In this document: positions 56,901 to 64,000 of the stretch, piece by piece | How positions within the stretch are numbered: the first letter of the stretch is position 1 | Layout of the letters: every line of letters starts with the position of its first letter | NCBI GenBank assembly: GCA_963666565.1 | Contig: OY762911.1 | Span: forward strand, 2,240,001-2,304,000 | Length of the DNA stretch: 64,000 nucleotides | From: Thermoanaerobaculia bacterium | GTDB lineage: Bacteria; Acidobacteriota; Thermoanaerobaculia; Multivoradales; Multivoraceae | Direction of reading: 5' to 3' | Notes under the pieces: generated by a model | Told to the model about the DNA's origin: nothing | Database searches by the model: none | Seen by the model: only the letters and a program-made list of their open reading frames with translations | Made by a program: the position numbers and the translations under genes

Positions 56901-59900
56901 CGGAAGGTGTAGGCGGTGCCGTTCTCGAGTGCGCCCCAACTGTGCTGCGTCGCGGTCGTCGTGTGCTGCCGATTGGACAAGCCCCATTCCTCGGCGCCGG
57001 ACTTCCACTGCACGGTGTAGCCGGTGATGGCGGAGCCGTTGCTCGCGGGCGCCGCCCAGCCGAAGGCCAGGAAGCGGTCGCGGGTGCGGACGACCAGCCC
57101 GGCCGGAGCGTCGGGCACGCCGTCCGGCGTGCCCGACGCCTCGACGGACCAGTCGCTGTCCCCGACCGCGTTCGTCGCTCGCACGCGAACGAAGTACTTC
57201 GTGTCGTTCGTCAGGCCGGAGATCGTGGCGGTCGTTCCGGTGACCGTTTGCGGCGTCGAGGAGCTCCAGGGATTGGAGATGTCCGTCCACTGGACCGTGT
57301 AGCCGGTGATGTCCGAGCCGTTGCTCGCCGGAGCGGCCCAGGACACCTCCAGCCGGGTGTTGCCCGTCGTCACGGTGATCGCCGGCGCGTCCGGCACGGT
57401 CGCCCTCGGCGTGCCGGTCGCGGTGCTCGACCAGGGGCCGGCGCCGCCGGAGGTCACGGCCTGGACCCGCACGGTGTAGGTCGTGGCGTTCGTCAGGCCG
57501 AAGATGCTGCGCTTGACGTAGCCGTCCGTGTCGGCGGCGGCGCCGGCGTGGAGTTGGCGGGAGGTGGAGAACTCCTGCGTCCCGGACTTCCACTGCACCC
57601 AGTAGTTCGAGATGTCCGCGCCGCCGTCGTCGGCCGGTTCCAGCCATGCGACGAGCAGGCGCTGGTGGGACTCGACGTTGACCTTGAGGCCGGTCGGCGC
57701 TCCCGGCGGCCCCGCCGGCGTCGCCGCAGCCTCGGCGCTGGCCGTGCCGTCGCCCACCGAGTTCGCCGCCCGCACCTGGAAGCGGTAGGCCGTGCCGTTG
57801 GTCAACGGGGTCGCCGTGTAGCCGGTCGTCGAGGCGTTGCTGTCCGGGATCGCGGTCCAGGACCCCCAGGGGTTCGTGCCGTCCTTCCGGCGGACTTTCC
57901 ACATGGTGACGGCCGAGTCGCCGTCGTCTCCGGCGGTCCAGCTCAGGGCGACCTGCGCATTGCCGGGCGTCGCCGTGAGGTTCGTCGGCGCGGCGGGCGC
58001 GGTGGGCCCGGTGACGGACGGCGTCACCGGATTCGAGTCGTCGCTGGCGGCGCCGTCGCCGGCCGAGTTCACGGCCAGCACCTGGAACGTGTACTCGATC
58101 CCGTTGGTCAGCGTCGTCGCCGTGTGGCTGGTGGTCGTGGCGTTGCTGCCCGGGATCGCGGTCCAGGCGCCCCAGGCGTTCGTGCCCGCCTTCTGGCGGA
58201 CCTTCCAGCTCGTGATCGCCGAACCGCCGTTGCCGCCCGCGGTCCACGTGAGCGACACCTGGGCGTTGCCGGCGACCGCCCGCGGCCGCGTCGGCTTGAG
58301 CGGCGGGTTCGCGCCCGGCGTGGCGGCGACGACGCTCGACCAGGGGCCGTCGCCTGCCGCGTTGGCCGCGCGCACCCGGACGCTGTACTCCGTGCCGTCG
58401 GTCAGGCTCCCGATCGAGTGGCTGGTTCCGGTCGCCGTCGCCTGCCGCGAACTGCCGAAACTCTCGCCGCCCGACTTCCACTGCACGGTGTAGCCCGAGA
58501 GCGCCGGGCCGAGGTTGAGGGGCGCCGTCCAGGTCACCGCGAGCTGGCCGACGCTCTTCGCCAGCGTCGGCGCGGGCGCGGCGGGGCGGGCCTGCACGCC
58601 GGCGGAGGCCGCGCCGCCGCCGTGGCCGTTCACGGCCCGGATCCGGAAGCTCTGAACTCCCCGGTACCGCAGGCCGGTGACCGTCGCGCTCGTCGTGCTC
58701 GCTCCGGCGCCGGGGACGGAGTACCACGCGTCGGCCCCGAACGGGATCGACGGCGGAACCGCCTGCTGGACCTGCCAGTCGCTGATCGAGAGGTCGGCCG
58801 GGTTCGTCCAGGTGAGAAGCACGCTGTCGGCGCTCGCCGTCGCCGCCGAGAGCCCGGTCGGCGCGGACGGTGCCGCGGCCGCCGGCGAGACCGGATCGGA
58901 CGGCGCGCTCTCCGCGCCCGAGCCCGCGGCGTTCACGCCCCGCACCTTGAAGCGGTAGCTCGTGCCGTTGGTCAGTCCGGTCACCGTCCGGCTCCGAGGG
59001 AGGTCGGTCCAGGTCGTGCCCCAGGCGTTCGTTCCGTCCTTGCGCACCACCTGCCAGGTCGTGACCGGCGAGCCGCCGTCGTCGCCGTCCGTCCAGTTCA
59101 GGACGACCTGCCGGTCGCCGGCGGTTCCGGCGAGATCGGTCGGCGCGGCGGGGACGACGGGCCTGGGCGTCGCGCGGGCCTCGGTCGAGGCGTAGCCGGG
59201 GCCGATGTGGTTGATCGCCGCCACCCGGAACCCGTACTCCGTGTAGTTGTCCAGCCCGGTGACGGTGTGGGTCGCGGCGGAGGCGCCGCCGGGGATGTCG
59301 AACCAGCGCGGGTCGTGGTCCCAGTCGTGGGAACCCGCTCGCATCTGGAACCGCCAGCGCACGATTCCGGCGCCGCCGGCCGAGGTCCAGGCCAGGGTCA
59401 CCGTCCGGTTGCCCCCGGTCGCGGTCAGGCCGGTGGGGGCCGGCGGGAAGGCCTGGGGGGTGGCCGTCGCGGCGTCCGACTGGGCGCCGTTGCCGGTCGC
59501 GTTGACGGCCCGCACCAGGAACCGGTACTCCGTGCCGTTCGTGAGCCCGGTCACCGTGTGGGCGGCGGTGGAGGCGCCGCTGCCGGCGACCGCGGTCCAG
59601 GAGGCTTCCCACGCGTTCGTCCCTTCCTTCTTGCGGAACTCCCAGCGCGTGATCGAGCTGTTGTCGGGGTCGGTCCAGGTCAGCGCAACCCTGGCGTCGC
59701 CCGCCTTCGCCGCCAACCCGGCGGGCTTGGCCGGGATCAGGGTCGCCGACGCCTCGTCCGAAGAGGGTCCCGCGGCGCCCGTCTTCACCGGACGGATCCG
59801 GAAGCCGTAGGTGTGGCCGTTGTCGAGCCCGGCGACCGAGTGCGAGGTGGTGGAGGCGCCGCTGCCGCTCATCAGGTTCCAGGCCCCGTAGCTGCCACCG

Positions 59901-62900
59901 TCGGTCCGGTAGCGGTACTGCCAGGCGGTCACCGTGGAGTCGTTCAGGTTCGTCCACGCCAGGTCCGCGCCGCCGTCGCGGGGCGTCGCCGTGAGCCCGG
60001 CCGGCTTGCTGAACAGGGTCGTCGAGACCTCGTTCGACCAGGCGCTCGTGCCCACGGAGTTCGCCGCGCGCACCTGGAACGCGTAGGACGCGCCGTTGGT
60101 CAGGCCGGTCACCGTGTGGCTGGTGGTCGAGGCGCCGCTGTCGGCGACGTTCGTCGCCGAACCCCAGGTCCCGGCCGTCTTCTGGCGGTAGTCGTAGCGG
60201 CTGACCGAGTCGTCGTCCGGGTCGCTCCAGGACAGGCGCACCCGGCCGTCGCCGGTGGCGATGGTGATCGTCGGCGCGGCGGGCGCCTGGGTCGCCGCGC
60301 TCCCGGTGGGCGTCGCCTTCGCCTCGTCGGAGACGACGCCTTCGCCGCCCGGATTCACGGCGCGCACCTGGAACGCGTACTCGGTCCCCGGGGCGAGTCC
60401 GGTGACGGTGTAGCCGGTGGTCGAGGCGCTGCTGCCCGGAACGTCGGTCCAGCTTCCGTAGTCGGACGAGCCGGCGCTCTTCTTCCGGTACCGGAACTTC
60501 ACGATGTGGGAGAGATTCGGACCGCCCCATCCGAGTGTGACCTGCCCCGGTCCGGGCGTGGCGCTCAGGTTGCGCTTCGCGGGAACGGTCATCGCGGCGA
60601 CTTCGCCCGAGGGGCCGCTCGCGCCCGCGGAGTTCACGGCCCGCACCTGGTAGGTGTAGATCAGGCCGTTGGTCAGGCCGGTGACGGTGGCGCTGGTCGT
60701 GGCCGCGCCGCTGCTTGCCACCGTGGTCCAGCTCCCGTCCTTCAGCCGGTACTGCCACGATGTGATCGAGGAGTCCAGCGGGTCCGTCCAGGAAAGGGTC
60801 ACCTGGCTGTCGCCGCCGGTGAAGGAGAGGCCCGTCGGCGGCAGCGGCGGCATCAGCTCGGAGGTCGTGTTCGAGGGCGCGCCGGCGCCGTTCGCGTTCA
60901 CCGCGCGCACCTGGAAGACGAGCGTGACGCCGGCGCCGCCGCCGACGGTCGCCGACGTGGTGGTCGCGCCGCTGTTCGGGATGGCCTCCCACAGGTCGTC
61001 CGTGAAGGTGTCCGTCGTCCGCCGCCAGCGGTACTCCCAGCCCGTGATCGACGAGTCGTTCGGGTTCGTCCAGGTCAGGGTGACTCCGGGGTTGGCGTAG
61101 GACGAGGTCAGCCCGGTGGGGGCCGCGGGCAGGCCCTTCACCAGGACTTCGACCGTGTCCGTGGCGGAGGCGAGGCCCAGGGAGTCGGTAACCTGGAGGC
61201 GGAAGGTCAGTGTGAGGTTCGCGGTCGTGCTCGGGGCGGTGAAGGTCGGCCCCGCGACCGTCTGGCTGCTCAGGGTGACCGGGTTCGTGACCGTCACCGC
61301 GGGGGGAGTCGGGATCTGCGTCCAGGCGTAAGTGAGGGCCTGCTCTTCGGGGTCGCTGCTGGCGCTGCCGTCGAGCGTCACGGTGGTGCCCGAGAGGACG
61401 CTCTGGTCCGAACCGGCGTTGGCGTTGGGAGCGGTGTTGGCGTCGATCTCGATGTCGAAGGTCGCCGTCGCCGTGTCGCCGTCCTGGTCGGTGGCGGTGT
61501 AGGTGTAGCCGGTGGCGGTCTGGTGGCCGGTCGGGGTGCCGGAGAGTTGCCGGGACGAGGCGGTGAAGGTCAGGCCCGGCGGCAGTGCCGGCGTGCCGCT
61601 GGTCCTGGCCAGGGTGTAGGTGTAGGGGGCGTTGCCGCCGGTCGCGGCGGGCAAGGTCAGCGTGGTGATGGCGCTGTTCTGGTGGTAGCTCTGGTCGGAG
61701 ACCGAGCCCAGCGAGGGCTGGGTGTCCGCCTCCACCGTCAGGTCGAAAGTCAGGGTGTCCGTGTCGCCGTCAGCGTCGGTGACGGTGTAGGTGTAGGCGG
61801 TCTCGGCCTTGAGCGCCGTCGGGGTGCCCGAGAGCTGGCGCGAGGAAGCGGTGAACGAGAGGCCCGTCGGCGGTTCCGGCGACAGCGAGTAGGTCAGCGG
61901 CGTGTCGCCGCCGGTGGCGGCGGGGAAAGTCACCGTGGTGATCGCGGCATTCTGCACGTAGACCTTGTCGGCGATGCTGGCGTCGTCGGCGAAGGAGGGG
62001 CTGTTGTCCTGGGTGACGGTGATGTCGAAGGTGGCGGTCGCGGTGTCGCCGTTCGCGTCGGTGACGGTGTAGGTGTACTCCGCAGCGGTCTGGTGGCCGG
62101 TGGGAGTGCCGGAGAGTTGCCGGGACGAGGCGGTGAAGGTCAGGCCCGGCGGCAGCGCCGGCGATCCGGAGGTCTTCGACAGCGTGTAGGTCAGGGGCGT
62201 GTTGCCGCCGGTCGCGGCGGGCAGGGTCAGCGTGGTGATGGCGCTGTCCTGGTGGTAGGTCTGGTCGGAGACCGAGCCCAGCGAGGGCTGGGTGTCGGCC
62301 TCCACCGTGATGTCGAAGGTCAGGGTGTCCGTGTCGCCGTCAGCGTCGGTGACGGTGTAGGTGTAGGCGGTCTCGGCCTTGAGCGCCGTCGGGGTGCCCG
62401 AGAGCTGGCGCGAGGAAGCGGTGAACGAGAGGCCCGTCGGCGGTTCCGGCGACAGCGAGTAGGTCAGCGGCGTGTCGCCGCCGGTGGCGGCGGGGAAAGT
62501 CACCGTGGTGATCGCGGCGTTCTGCACGTAGACCTTGTCGGCGATGCTGGCGTCGTCGGCGAAGGAGGGGCTGTTGTCCTGGGTGACGGTGATGTCGAAG
62601 GTGGCGGTCGCGGTGTCGCCGTTCGCGTCGGTGACCGTGTAGGTGTACTCCGCAGCGGTCTGGTGGCCGGTGGGAGTGCCGGAGAGCTGGCGCGACGAGG
62701 CGGTGAAGGTCAGGCCCGGCGGCAGCGCCGGCGATCCGGAGGTCTTCGACAGCGTGTAGGTCAGGGGCGTGTTGCCGCCGGTGGCGGCGGGCAGGGTCAG
62801 CGCGGTGATGGCGCTGTCCTGGTGGTAGGTCTGGTCGGAGACCGAGCCCAGGGTGGGCTGCGCGTCCGCCTCCACCGTGAGGTCGAAGGTCAGGGTGTCC

Positions 62901-64000
62901 GTGTCGCCGTCAGCGTCGGTGACGGTGTAGGTGTAGGCGGTCTCGGCCTTGAGCGCCGTCGGGGTGCCCGAGAGCTGGCGCGAGGAAGCGGTGAACGAGA
63001 GGCCCGTCGGCGGTTCCGGCGACAGCGAGTAGGTCAGCGGCGTGTCGCCGCCGGTGGCGGCGGGGAAAGTCACCGTGGTGATCGCGGCGTTCTGCACGTA
63101 GACCTTGTCGGCGATGCTGGCGTCGTCGGCGAAGGAGGGGCTGTTGTCCTGGGTGACGGTGATGTCGAAGGTGGCGGTCGCGGTGTCGCCGTCCTGGTCG
63201 GTGACGGTGTAGGTGTAGCCGGTGGCGGTCTGGTGGCCGGTGGGAGTGCCGGAGAGTTGCCGGGACGAGGCGGTGAAGGTCAGGCCCGGCGGCAGCGCCG
63301 GCGATCCGGAGGTCTTCGACAGCGTGTAGGTCAGGGGCGTGTTGCCGCCGGTGGCGGCGGGCAGGGTCAGCGCGGTGATGGCGCTGTCCTGGTGGTAGGT
63401 CTGGTCGGAGACCGAGCCCAGGGTGGGCTGCGCGTCGGCCTCCACCGTGAGGTCGAAGGTCAGGGTGTCCGTGTCGCCGTCGTTGTCGGTGACGGTGTAG
63501 GTGTAGGCGGTCTCGGCCTTGAGCGCCGTCGGGGTGCCCGAGAGCTGGCGCGAGGAAGCGGTGAACGAGAGGCCCGTCGGCGGTTCCGGCGACAGCGAGT
63601 AGGTGAGCGGCGTGTCGCCGCCGGTGGCGGCGGGGAATGTCACCGTGGTGATCGCGGCGTTCTGCACGTAGACCTTGTCGGCGATGCTGGCGTCGTCGGC
63701 GAACGAGGGGCTGTTGTCCTGGGTGACGGTGATGTCGAAGGTGGCGGTCGCGGTGTCGCCGTCCTGGTCGGTGACGGTGTAGGTGTAGCCGGTGGCGGTC
63801 TGGTGGCCGGTGGGAGTGCCGGAGAGCTGGCGGGACGAGGCGGTGAAGGTCAGGCCCGGCGGCAGCGCCGGCGATCCGGAGGTCTTCGACAGCGTGTAGG
63901 TCAGGGGCGTGTTGCCGCCGGTGGCGGCGGGCAGGGTCAGCGCGGTGATGGCGCTGTCCTGGTGGTAGGTCTGGTCGGAGACCGAGCCCAGCGAGGGCTG
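44990..64000 (-). CDS. Giant repetitive autotransporter adhesin (>6,300 aa; 5' end outside window)
   Basis: Frame open to 64000. Putative-Ig repeats, PKD-like domain, ~17 FN3 domains, ~22 111/112-aa repeats, further Ig-like repeats, Gly-rich linker and a C-terminal beta-barrel (WALWGSGD...RLRLGIE...GLEVAGG). Confidence 0.93.
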   Translation of the reverse strand, partial: QPSLGSVSDQTYHQDSAITALTLPAATGGNTPLTYTLSKTSGSPALPPGLTFTASSRQLSGTPTGHQTATGYTYTVTDQDGDTATATFDITVTQDNSPSFADDASIADKVYVQNAAITTVTFPAATGGDTPLTYSLSPEPPTGLSFTASSRQLSGTPTALKAETAYTYTVTDNDGDTDTLTFDLTVEADAQPTLGSVSDQTYHQDSAITALTLPAATGGNTPLTYTLSKTSGSPALPPGLTFTASSRQLSGTPTGHQTATGYTYTVTDQDGDTATATFDITVTQDNSPSFADDASIADKVYVQNAAITTVTFPAATGGDTPLTYSLSPEPPTGLSFTASSRQLSGTPTALKAETAYTYTVTDADGDTDTLTFDLTVEADAQPTLGSVSDQTYHQDSAITALTLPAATGGNTPLTYTLSKTSGSPALPPGLTFTASSRQLSGTPTGHQTAAEYTYTVTDANGDTATATFDITVTQDNSPSFADDASIADKVYVQNAAITTVTFPAATGGDTPLTYSLSPEPPTGLSFTASSRQLSGTPTALKAETAYTYTVTDADGDTDTLTFDITVEADTQPSLGSVSDQTYHQDSAITTLTLPAATGGNTPLTYTLSKTSGSPALPPGLTFTASSRQLSGTPTGHQTAAEYTYTVTDANGDTATATFDITVTQDNSPSFADDASIADKVYVQNAAITTVTFPAATGGDTPLTYSLSPEPPTGLSFTASSRQLSGTPTALKAETAYTYTVTDADGDTDTLTFDLTVEADTQPSLGSVSDQSYHQNSAITTLTLPAATGGNAPYTYTLARTSGTPALPPGLTFTASSRQLSGTPTGHQTATGYTYTATDQDGDTATATFDIEIDANTAPNANAGSDQSVLSGTTVTLDGSASSDPEEQALTYAWTQIPTPPAVTVTNPVTLSSQTVAGPTFTAPSTTANLTLTFRLQVTDSLGLASATDTVEVLVKGLPAAPTGLTSSYANPGVTLTWTNPNDSSITGWEYRWRRTTDTFTDDLWEAIPNSGATTTSATVGGGAGVTLVFQVRAVNANGAGAPSNTTSELMPPLPPTGLSFTGGDSQVTLSWTDPLDSSITSWQYRLKDGSWTTVASSGAATTSATVTGLTNGLIYTYQVRAVNSAGASGPSGEVAAMTVPAKRNLSATPGPGQVTLGWGGPNLSHIVKFRYRKKSAGSSDYGSWTDVPGSSASTTGYTVTGLAPGTEYAFQVRAVNPGGEGVVSDEAKATPTGSAATQAPAAPTITIATGDGRVRLSWSDPDDDSVSRYDYRQKTAGTWGSATNVADSGASTTSHTVTGLTNGASYAFQVRAANSVGTSAWSNEVSTTLFSKPAGLTATPRDGGADLAWTNLNDSTVTAWQYRYRTDGGSYGAWNLMSGSGASTTSHSVAGLDNGHTYGFRIRPVKTGAAGPSSDEASATLIPAKPAGLAAKAGDARVALTWTDPDNSSITRWEFRKKEGTNAWEASWTAVAGSGASTAAHTVTGLTNGTEYRFLVRAVNATGNGAQSDAATATPQAFPPAPTGLTATGGNRTVTLAWTSAGGAGIVRWRFQMRAGSHDWDHDPRWFDIPGGASAATHTVTGLDNYTEYGFRVAAINHIGPGYASTEARATPRPVVPAAPTDLAGTAGDRQVVLNWTDGDDGGSPVTTWQVVRKDGTNAWGTTWTDLPRSRTVTGLTNGTSYRFKVRGVNAAGSGAESAPSDPVSPAAAAPSAPTGLSAATASADSVLLTWTNPADLSISDWQVQQAVPPSIPFGADAWYSVPGAGASTTSATVTGLRYRGVQSFRIRAVNGHGGGAASAGVQARPAAPAPTLAKSVGQLAVTWTAPLNLGPALSGYTVQWKSGGESFGSSRQATATGTSHSIGSLTDGTEYSVRVRAANAAGDGPWSSVVAATPGANPPLKPTRPRAVAGNAQVSLTWTAGGNGGSAITSWKVRQKAGTNAWGAWTAIPGSNATTTSHTATTLTNGIEYTFQVLAVNSAGDGAASDDSNPVTPSVTGPTAPAAPTNLTATPGNAQVALSWTAGDDGDSAVTMWKVRRKDGTNPWGSWTAIPDSNASTTGYTATPLTNGTAYRFQVRAANSVGDGTASAEAAATPAGPPGAPTGLKVNVESHQRLLVAWLEPADDGGADISNYWVQWKSGTQEFSTSRQLHAGAAADTDGYVKRSIFGLTNATTYTVRVQAVTSGGAGPWSSTATGTPRATVPDAPAITVTTGNTRLEVSWAAPASNGSDITGYTVQWTDISNPWSSSTPQTVTGTTATISGLTNDTKYFVRVRATNAVGDSDWSVEASGTPDGVPDAPAGLVVRTRDRFLAFGWAAPASNGSAITGYTVQWKSGAEEWGLSNRQHTTTATQHSWGALENGTAYTFRVRATNGAGDGPWSAEKTGTPGHAPAKPTGLTAAGANARASLTWTSGGDGGSPITRWQVRRKKGNAAWGDWTDIAGSGAATTSHTVTGLDHGSTYSFQVRAVNTTGEGSASDAATATTSSISLTPSTGVTVNEGSTVDYKVKLALRPTGDVTVAVARKTGNDQDSDISVKTGSSLTFTTDNWNTDQTVTLQAAQDSDGENGTAVIRHSASGGGYASVVAEFTATEGDDDTKAFTLSSPSGVTVNEGSTVDYQVKLATKPTGDVTVTVARKTGNDQDSDIDVHTGGTLTFTTANWNTDQTVTLEADQDEDGENGTAVIKHTAEGGGYGSVTAELTATEGDDDTKGFTLTPSAGVTVNEGSTADYKVKLATKPTGDVTVTVARKTGNDQDSDIDVKTGASLTFTTANWNTDQTVTLEADQDEDGDNGTATIRHTAEGGGYGAVTAELTATEGDDDTKAFTLTPSAGVSVTEGSTADYKVKLATKPSGDVTVTVARSTAGTQDTDIDVKTGASLTFTTTNWNTDQTVTLEADEDHDGDNGTAVIKHTAEGGGYGAVTANLTATESDNDTKGFTLNPTSVSVTEGSTASYKIKLTTKPSASVTVTVARSTAGTQDTDIDVKTGASLTFTTTNWNTDQTVTLEADEDHDGDNGTAVIKHTAAGGGYGSVTANLTATESDNDTKGFTLNPTSVSVTEGSTASYKVKLTTKPSASVTVTVARSTTGNQDEDIDVKTGASLTFTTTNWNTDQTVTLEADEDHDGDNGTAVIKHTAAGGGYGAVTANLTATESDNDTKGFTLNPTSVSVTEGSTASYKIKLATKPSASVTVTVARSTTGTQDEDIDVKTGASLTFTTTNWNTDQTVTLEADEDHDGDNGTAVIKHTAAGGGYGSVTANLTATESDNDTKGFTLNPTSVSVTEGSTASYKIKLATKPSASVTVTVARSTTGTQDENIDVKTGASLTFTTTNWNTDQTVTLEADEDNDGDNGTAVIKHTAAGGGYGSVTANLTATESDNDTKGFTLNPTSVSVTEGSTASYKIKLATKPSASVTVTVARSTTGTQDEDIDVKTGASLTFTTTNWNTDQTVTLEADEDHDGDNGTAVIKHTAAGGGYGSVTANLTATESDNDTKGFTLNPTSVSVTEGSTASYKIKLATKPSASVTVTVARSTTGTQDENIDVKTGASLTFTTTNWNTDQTVTLEADEDHDGDNGTAVIKHTAAGGGYGSVTANLTATESDNDTKGFTLNPTSVSVTEGSTASYKIKLTTKPSASVTVTVARSTTGTQDENIDVKTGASLTFTTTNWNTDQTVTLEADEDHDGDNGTAVIKHTAAGGGYGSVTANLTATESDNDTKGFTLNPTSVSVTEGSTASYKIKLTTKPSASVTVTVARSTAGTQDEDIDVKTGASLTFTTTNWNTDQTVTLEADEDNDGDNGTAVIKHTAAGGGYGSVAANLTATEADNDTKGFTLNPTSVSVTEGSTASYKIKLTTKPSASVTVTVARSTSGTQDTDISVKTGASLTFTTTNWNTDQTVTLEADEDHDGDNGTAVIKHTAAGGGYGSVAANLTATEADNDTKGFTLNPTSVSVTEGSTASYKIKLTTKPSASVTVTVARSTTGTQDTDISVKTGASITFTTTNWNTDQTVTLEADDDNDGDNGTAVIKHTAAGGGYGSVTANLTATEADNDTKGFTLNPTSVSVPEGSTASYKIKLATKPSASVTVTVARSTSGTQDTDISVKTGASLTFTTTNWNTDQTVTLEADDDDDGDNGTAVIVHTASNGGYGSVTANLTATENDDDTKAITITPSSGVSVPEGSTASYKVRLATKPSASVTVAVARSNTGTQDEDISVKTGASLTFTTANWNADQTVTLEADDDNDGDDGTAVIVHSASNGGYGSVSANLTATEDDDDTKAITLSSPSGVTVDEGSTATYDVKLATKPSASVTVAVARKSGNDQDDDISVKTGASLTFTTANWNTDQTVTLEADDDNDGDDGTATIEHSASGGGYDDVTAELTATENDDDTKALTVTPSSGVTIGEGSTASYKVKLATKPSDDVTVSVARKSGNDQDDDISVKTGASLTFTTANWNTDQTVTLEADDDNDGDDGAATIEHSASGGGYDDVTAELTATESDDDTKSIVLSSPSGVTVGEGSTADYKVKLATKPSGNVTVSVARSTSGTQDGDIGVKTGASLTFTTANWNTDQTVTLEAAQDNDGENGTATIEHSASGGGYDNVAADLTATESDDDAKSIVLSSPSGVTVGEGSTADYKVKLATKPSGNVTVSVARSTSGTQDGDIGVKTGASLTFTTDNWNTDRTVTLEAAQDNDGENGTATIVHSASGGGYDNVTANLTATESDDDTKAIVLSSPSGVTVGEGSTADYKVKLATKPSGNVTVSVARSTSGTQDGDIGVKTGASLTFTTANWNTDKTVTLEAAQDNDGENGTATIAHSASGGGYDNVTAQLTATENDDDTVGIVLSTASVTVGEGGEASYQIRLATEPTGSVSVSVSRTSGDQDLSIKTGASLTFTTVNWNTDQTVTLQAADDADGLNGQAVFGHTASGGGYGSATATLTATEQDDDDGGEFTVSPSTLALGEGGEATYSVSLSTQPASDVTVTVTSSDPSSVTVDPSQLTFTATNYANAQTVTATAVDDQDADSETVDIGNTATGGGYAHAATVVVTVTDDDLPSAEVGEAPSGPSAAGAIPDVTVEEGAVHSFDAASYFSSDAEEFAAQSANGGVASAGASGSRVQVTGKVAGTTTVTVTASNDDGSADQTFQVTVEAAPVTVVAPPPEQTVTIQAGPPGGDGGGGDGDGGGDGDGGGDGGGGDGGGGQPGGGAKEVDLSRVFQGGSEDSVTYTAVSSAPGVATVHLDGARLVITPVSPGTATITVTATGSANAVQTSFQVTVLDVAPAASEPLADVMLTFGGESLTVDAAPAFDGTNLTWAATAENPAVANVEVDGPSLTLTPLSVGATIVTVAASNPRGSAEGTFLVTVRDQAPGVRTQLRDREIRVDERPLRVDLADAFSGTNLEHDASSSEPEVAEVSVRKTALVVTPLTAGSVRVTVRASNPVGEAEQTFDVLVREAPPEAVGSLPDARLQVGDEPLEVDLGPAFAGTSLSFDASSSDVSVATAGVSMSPDGGARLAVSPLAAGGTTVTVRAYNAEGEAFQRFDVTVEDVAPEAVGSLPPITLVAGGSPRPVDVSEAFRGSALRFEARSLDPGVAEAVADSGEPEVLVSPVVEGRTEVVVAAINSAGRAEQRFDVTVVTDPAEKAVLEDVLAAVGQSTLTSSSSALRARFAANRSGCARLSVQGLQIPLRSGAAGRGSSRFAIPAPGTTPASGPGRGGAAATGTTPGSTIGSTHAAGLNAGALPAASGPGPAGAGRGAAVDPCAGAGTYGGFGGGYGGGFGAGLGGGLGGSFGGGFGGGLGAGFGGGPGAGFGGGFGSSFGGGLAGGFGGGFGSSFGGGLGGGLAGGFGSSFGGGLGGGLAGGFGGGLGGGFGGSFGGGPGGTLGMGYGGRFGSALGPGNTDPHHRDQAIAGVSFEIPLAGGALNAGGESQAGAEGAADGEDETRTARRSWALWGSGDFNSFTGRGEQGASFEGRARASYLGIDGRLGERWLAGLAIARSAASTDYAFAGGESGIDGDGKFETALTTVLPYLHYDTGSGREFWGLVGAGGGDADLDRRLGDAEFARESSDLSLLMGMIGGRWELRPRGGVALALIGDAAFAGLDTDEGERAVDGLAADVSRLRLGIEFSRGFATGAGSFTPFGEVAARQDGGDGAEGAGLEVAGGVRYESASGRVSVEARGRTLALHAADEYTETGYGLTAEVRSSEDGSGFSLSLTPTWGMADAGALWQDDASGAGPLSRLASAGGLSGGPEMSVRSLASYGFRLRSPGALIAPFAEVNAYGEEDPTVRAGVFFGLERNRWLLAVEMSTGTDPGPLAFAGGGGASAPDALAGGKPLTHTVVATFRFGARRPRR
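49200..56550 (-). repeat. ~22 tandem 333/336-bp repeats (Calx-beta/Ig-like unit TGASLTFTTxNWNTDQTVTLEA)
   Basis: Periodicity is visible directly and in the shadow ORFs spaced 333-336 bp apart. Confidence 0.92.
61440..64000 (-). repeat. At least four near-identical 570-bp repeats (paired putative-Ig domains)
   Basis: CTGGTCGGAGACCGAGCCCA at 61691, 62261, 62831, 63401 and 63971. Confidence 0.93.

Overview
Very GC-rich bacterial DNA. The repeated GLFxFFxxxNxExLxKVxDGC secreted domain, FG-GAP/ASPIC proteins and giant FN3/Ig autotransporter suggest an Acidobacteriota (Thermoanaerobaculia-like), possibly host-associated, genome; this taxonomy is inference. Layout: (1) partial FdhF/YdeP molybdopterin oxidoreductase, divergent from an FG-GAP + ASPIC/UnbV + TlpA-redoxin + TPR gene split by a single in-frame TGA that is followed, exactly 11 nt later, by an fdhF-like SECIS hairpin. 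This is the best candidate for novelty: a ~1,445-aa exported selenoprotein. (2) An accessory region (~6.5-20.8 kb) with two copies of a ~100-nt promoter-linked structured element, modular secreted proteins (FGE domain, zinc proteases), two intact Rpn nuclease genes with internal RBS/start codons plus a deleted third copy, a frameshifted PP2C phosphatase and a type II restriction-modification pair. (3) A split imuA-imuB...dnaE2 mutagenesis cassette with an 88-bp tandem repeat at the imuA/imuB junction, interrupted by GYD, TPR, MNT-HEPN, VOC, ferredoxin and AAA ATPase genes. (4) Housekeeping and transport genes with a REP-like palindrome family. (5) A >6,300-aa repetitive autotransporter adhesin running off the window end.
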